Positions 60,217-64,000 of a stretch of 64,000 nt of DNA are shown piece by piece. Made by a program: the position numbers and the translations under genes. Origin of the DNA: an uncultured Chloroflexia bacterium (GTDB lineage: Bacteria; Chloroflexota; Anaerolineae; CG2-30-64-16). Below the pieces are notes generated by a model, which did not search any database, was not told the DNA's origin, and saw only the letters and a list, made by a program, of their open reading frames with translations. Every line of letters begins with the position of its first letter. Position 1 is the first letter of the stretch. The stretch lies in the NCBI GenBank assembly GCA_963774265.1, contig CAVZDU010000002.1:192001-256000 (forward strand), read 5' to 3'.

Positions 60217-60606
60217 ATGGATCGACAACAGCAAATCGATTTCATCCTGGATCACTACGAGAGCCCGCGCCACTACGGGGCGATTGACGATGCCACGGTT
60301 GTCCAGAAGGGCGGCAATCCGGGGTGTGGCGACGTCGTCGCGTTTTACCTGAAACTGGGCGAGGATGGCCAGATCGAGGACATCTCGTTCGAAGGTGAAG
60401 GCTGCACCATCAGCCAGGCCGCTTCCTCCATAGTGACGGAGATGTTATTTGGGAAGACACTCCGGGATGTGGAGAACACGCCGCCTGATGTGATCCTGGA
60501 CCTGCTGGGCCGCGAGCTGGCTGCGACGAGACTCAAGTGCGCTCTGCTCGGGCTGAACACAGCAAAGGAAGCGGTGCGCGCGGCGCGCCGAGGTCGTGCG
60601 GAATAG
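60217..60606 (+). CDS. SufU/IscU-type scaffold, copy 1
   Basis: [32 protein letters not shown]. Confidence 0.9.
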   Translation: MDRQQQIDFILDHYESPRHYGAIDDATVVQKGGNPGCGDVVAFYLKLGEDGQIEDISFEGEGCTISQAASSIVTEMLFGKTLRDVENTPPDVILDLLGRELAATRLKCALLGLNTAKEAVRAARRGRAE

Positions 60607-60616
60607 GGACGGACAT

Positions 60617-61868
60617 ATGGTAACGCAGAATATGGCGACATCGATAGCTCTCGACGTGCAGCGCATCCGCGCCGACTTCCCTATCCTGCAGCGCCAGGTT
60701 AAGGGCAAGCCGCTGGTCTACCTGGACAACGCGGCCAGCTCCCAGAAGCCGGTGCAAGTGCTCGACGCAATGGACCGCTATTACCGCGAGACCCATGCGA
60801 ATGTCCACCGCGGCGTCCACACCTTGAGCGAAGAGGCGACGGCACAGTTCGAGGGTGCGCGGGTAAAGGTGTCCAACTTCATCGGCGCATGCTGCGCCAA
60901 AGAAATCATCTGGACACGCAACGCGACCGAGGCGATCAATCTGGTTGCCTATAGCTGGGGCCGCGCGAATCTGTAAACAGGGCGATCGGGTGCTGCTCAC
61001 TGAGATGGAACATCACGCGAACCTGGTGCCGTGGCAGATTCTGGCTGCAGAAAAAGGTTGCGAACTGGATTTCGTGCGCGTGGCCGATAACGGCACACTG
61101 ATTCTGGATGAGCTCCCCAAGCTGCTGACTCCGCGCACCAAGCTGTTTGGCTTCACCGCCGTGTCCAATGTACTGGGCACACTCAATCCGATCAAGGAAC
61201 TGACCGATGCGGCTCACAAAGTGGGCGCGTTGGTACTGCTGGACGCGTGCCAGAGCGTGCCACACATGCCGGTCGACGTGCAGGCGCTTGATGTTGACTT
61301 CGCCGCGTTCTCGGGGCATAAAATGCTCGGGCCGACGGGCAGCGGTGCGCTGTGGGGCCGCCGCGAGATTCTTAACGCCATGCCGCCTTTCATGGGCGGG
61401 GGCGACATGATCCGCGAAGTCAAGCTGCGCCAATCGAAGTGGAATGAACTGCCTTGGAAGTTCGAGGCGGGCACTCCGGCGATTGCCGAGGCCATTGGCC
61501 TGGGCGCAGCGGTCGATTACCTGTCAGCACTCGGCATGGAAAACGTGTATGCGGCCGAACATGAGCTTGTTACCTATGCTATGGAGCAGATGCAGGACAT
61601 CGAGGGGCTGAAAATGCTCGGTCCGAGAAACGGGCGCGCGGGCCTGGTGAGCTTCGTGTTGGGCAACGTGCACCCGCACGACATTGCGGCCGCACTCGAC
61701 AGCCTGGGGATCGCCATCCGCGCAGGCCATCACTGCGCACAGCCGTTACACGAACGTTTCGGCGTACCGGCCACGGCCCGCGCCAGCTTCTACGTTTACA
61801 ATACCCGCGAGGAGGTCGATGTCCTCGTGCGCGGCCTACGGAAGGTCGTAGAGTACTTTAGTTTTTGA
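60617..61868 (+). CDS. sufS: Cysteine desulfurase SufS (frameshift near 60974)
   Basis: [34 protein letters not shown]. Confidence 0.93.
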
Positions 61869-61877
61869 GAGCCAGCC

Positions 61878-62258
61878 ATGGACCTATATGCAGAAGAAAT
61901 TCTTGATCACTACAAGCATCCGCGTCACTTCGGCCATCTCGATGAGCCGACGATGGTCTATCACGACCGCAATCCCTTGTGCGGCGATGAAATCACCCTC
62001 GAACTCAAGATCGAGGATGGTAAGGTGGCGGACATGGCCTTCACCGGACATGGCTGCGCGATCAGCCGCGCTGCCGCGTCGATGATGTCGGAAGAGATCA
62101 TCGGCAAGTCCCTCGAAGAGCTGAAGAGTTATGACAAAGAGAGCATACTCGACTTACTGGGGATCGAAGTTGGTCCGGTGCGGATCAAGTGCGCGTTGCT
62201 GCCGCTGAAGGCGATGAAGGCCGCAGTGTGGGGGCTGGCCGCTGAGGGCGAGGAGTAG
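61878..62258 (+). CDS. sufU: SufU/IscU-type scaffold, copy 2
   Basis: ILDHYKHPRHFG, NPLCGD, GCAISRA, RIKCALL. Confidence 0.9.
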   Translation: MDLYAEEILDHYKHPRHFGHLDEPTMVYHDRNPLCGDEITLELKIEDGKVADMAFTGHGCAISRAAASMMSEEIIGKSLEELKSYDKESILDLLGIEVGPVRIKCALLPLKAMKAAVWGLAAEGEE

Positions 62259-62262
62259 GCCT

Positions 62263-62572
62263 GTGGCAAAGTGGGTGAGGGTCGGCCGAGCAGACGAGGT
62301 CTGTCCTGGAGAAAAAGATCTATGAAGTCGATGGCGTCATGCTGGTTGTCGTCAACCTGGATGGCGAGTATTTCTGCGTCGAAGATGTATGCACGCATGA
62401 CGGCGGACCCCTGGGAGAGGGCGACCTGGACGATGGGCAACTGGTGTGCCCGCGTCACGGAGCGCGCTTTGATGTGCGTACGGGCGGCGCGTTAACCCTG
62501 CCTGCTTTCGAGCCGGTCGCGACGTACCAGGTTAAGGTGCAGGACGGCGACCTGCTGATCGAGTCGTACTGA
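62263..62572 (+). CDS. Rieske-type ferredoxin (frameshift near 62314)
   Basis: GTG start MAKWVRVG; CTHD..L and CPRHGARFD. Confidence 0.88.
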
Positions 62573-62577
62573 ACGGA

Positions 62578-62901
62578 GTGAAAGAGATGGCGGCACCGAC
62601 CGATAATGATGTACGCGAAGTCATTCGAAAGAACGTTTTCGATCCCGAAATCGGATTGAATATCGTTGACCTTGGGCTGATTTACGACGTGAAGGTGCCG
62701 GGAGGCAAAACGGTCGACGTAGAGATGACGCTCACCTCTCCCGGCTGCCCTGTTGGGCCGCAGATCATTGCGGGCGTGCAGAGCTATGTCCACAAGGCGT
62801 ATCCGGACCTCGATGCGATCAACGTGCATGTAGTGTGGAGCCCACTGTGGAATCCGGATATGATGACGCAGGAAGCCAAGGACCAACTAGGCTTCTTCTA
62901 G
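62578..62901 (+). CDS. sufT: DUF59 / SufT metal-sulfur cluster factor
   Basis: DPEIGLNIVDLGLIY, MTLTSPGCP, VWSPLW. Confidence 0.92.
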   Translation: MKEMAAPTDNDVREVIRKNVFDPEIGLNIVDLGLIYDVKVPGGKTVDVEMTLTSPGCPVGPQIIAGVQSYVHKAYPDLDAINVHVVWSPLWNPDMMTQEAKDQLGFF

Positions 62902-62915
62902 TTGCCAGGGAAAGC

Positions 62916-63701
62916 ATGTCACAACTGTATCTGGGCACGCAGGGTTGGAGCTACTCGTCATGGGTGGGGTCATTCTATCCGTCCGGGACCTCTACCAGCG
63001 CATATCTCCCGGAGTACGCCAGGTCCTTCAATACGGTTGAGCTGGACACGACTTTCTATGCCGTGCCAAGGCAAAGTACAATAGCCGGCTGGCGAGAACG
63101 TACGCCAGCCGGCTTTCGCTTTGCGGCGAAATTCCCGAAGACGATCACGCACGAGAAAGCACTCCACGATGCTGGACTTGAGGCGAAGGTCTTCGTAGAG
63201 GCCATGGCTGGTCTGGACGAGAAGCTCGGCCCTCTGCTTCTGCAGATGCCGCCCCAGTGGACCGCTTCGGGCATGGGTGATCTGAAGCAGTTTCTCCTCG
63301 ACCTGCCATCCGGTTTTTGCTATGCTCTCGAGGTGCGACACAAGTCGTGGCTGGTCAGAGGCACATTCGATGAGCTCACGGATCTCTTGAGGGGCCGCGG
63401 CGTGGCGTTGTGCCTGGTGCAGCACGCCTGGATGCCGCCTTTGGACACTATGACCGCTTCCTTCGCCTATATTCGCTGGTTGGGCCGGCGCGAGGACATC
63501 CCAGACGATGACTTCAGCCATGTTCGCATCAACCGAGATGTACAACTGGACCGTTGGGCAGAGCAAGTGCTGAGGTATGTCCGCGCCGGGCTTGTCGTGC
63601 ACGGCTATTTCAACAACCATTACCAGGGGCACTCGCCGGCATCAGTACGCGCGTTGCAGATGCGACTGGATGCGTTGAGTGCCCAGGATGCCCCAACATA
63701 A
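62916..63701 (+). CDS. DUF72 family protein
   Basis: GTQGWSY..W...FYP, VELDTTFY, LQMPP, EVRH, YFNNHYQG. Confidence 0.92.
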   Translation: MSQLYLGTQGWSYSSWVGSFYPSGTSTSAYLPEYARSFNTVELDTTFYAVPRQSTIAGWRERTPAGFRFAAKFPKTITHEKALHDAGLEAKVFVEAMAGLDEKLGPLLLQMPPQWTASGMGDLKQFLLDLPSGFCYALEVRHKSWLVRGTFDELTDLLRGRGVALCLVQHAWMPPLDTMTASFAYIRWLGRREDIPDDDFSHVRINRDVQLDRWAEQVLRYVRAGLVVHGYFNNHYQGHSPASVRALQMRLDALSAQDAPT

Positions 63702-63794
63702 AAACGGTGAGCGTTGCCCGATCAAGGTCTCTGTGCTAGACTACGTCTGAAACCTTCATTCAGAACGAATCGTGGTTGCGAGCATTGATCTTTC

Positions 63795-64000
63795 ATGGGT
63801 GATATATTCCGCGACAACCGTCGCCTGCTCCTCTTCATCATCGTCTCCAACTTTCTGCTCAACTTCGGTTTCCAGGTCTGGCAAACGCTGTTCAACAACT
63901 TCGCGGTCGAGCAGCTTGGCGCCGGACCGGCTTCGGTCGGCCTGATCCAGGCGGTGCGCGAAATCCCTGGCCTGCTGGGATTCGCCATCGCGTTTCTCAG
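63795..64000 (+). CDS. MFS transporter (3'-truncated by window edge)
   Basis: MGDIFRDNRRLLLF..VWQTLFNNFAVE..QAVREIPGLLGF, open to the end of the window. Confidence 0.8.
   Translation, partial: MGDIFRDNRRLLLFIIVSNFLLNFGFQVWQTLFNNFAVEQLGAGPASVGLIQAVREIPGLLGFAIAFL

Noticed and set aside
60970-60980. In-frame TAA in sufS as possible stop-codon recoding
   Set aside because: The downstream sequence continues in a different frame, so this is an indel and not readthrough.

Overview
A GC-rich (about 60%, by eye) bacterial chromosomal window. Gene content and a recurring [VF]LPLV.K motif in exported proteins suggest Chloroflexota (Anaerolineae/Caldilineae-like); this is an inference. Most of it is housekeeping or metabolic: a DeoR regulator with a fused E1alpha-beta and E2 2-oxoacid dehydrogenase, an AlkZ-like glycosylase, mscL, a UbiA-family phosphoribosyltransferase, hsp20-lon, aspS followed by a 6S RNA, mscS, a LysM L,D-transpeptidase, a ccmH/G/F cluster flanked by zinc-ribbon proteins, glnE, bfr, glnS, modBC, an aminotransferase-serA-DUF1015 cluster, a two-module 5'-nucleotidase, and a large sufR-C-B-D-sulfurtransferase-U-S-U-Rieske-T operon. 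One 1785-bp IS481-like element (20111-21895) lies between aspS and an epimerase gene. It has doubled end repeats, an 8-bp target duplication next to an end-like sequence, and three tandem C-terminal barrel repeats in its transposase. Other notable items are a PHP + degenerate Schlafen/AlbA_2 + RGG-tailed protein, a GlnE carrying two GlnD-type ACT domains, a 27-codon modA relic, an unannotated 52-aa zinc-ribbon gene and a candidate SufR operator. About ten single-base frameshifts split conserved genes. They are most simply explained as long-read consensus errors. No CRISPR array, rRNA or tRNA was seen.
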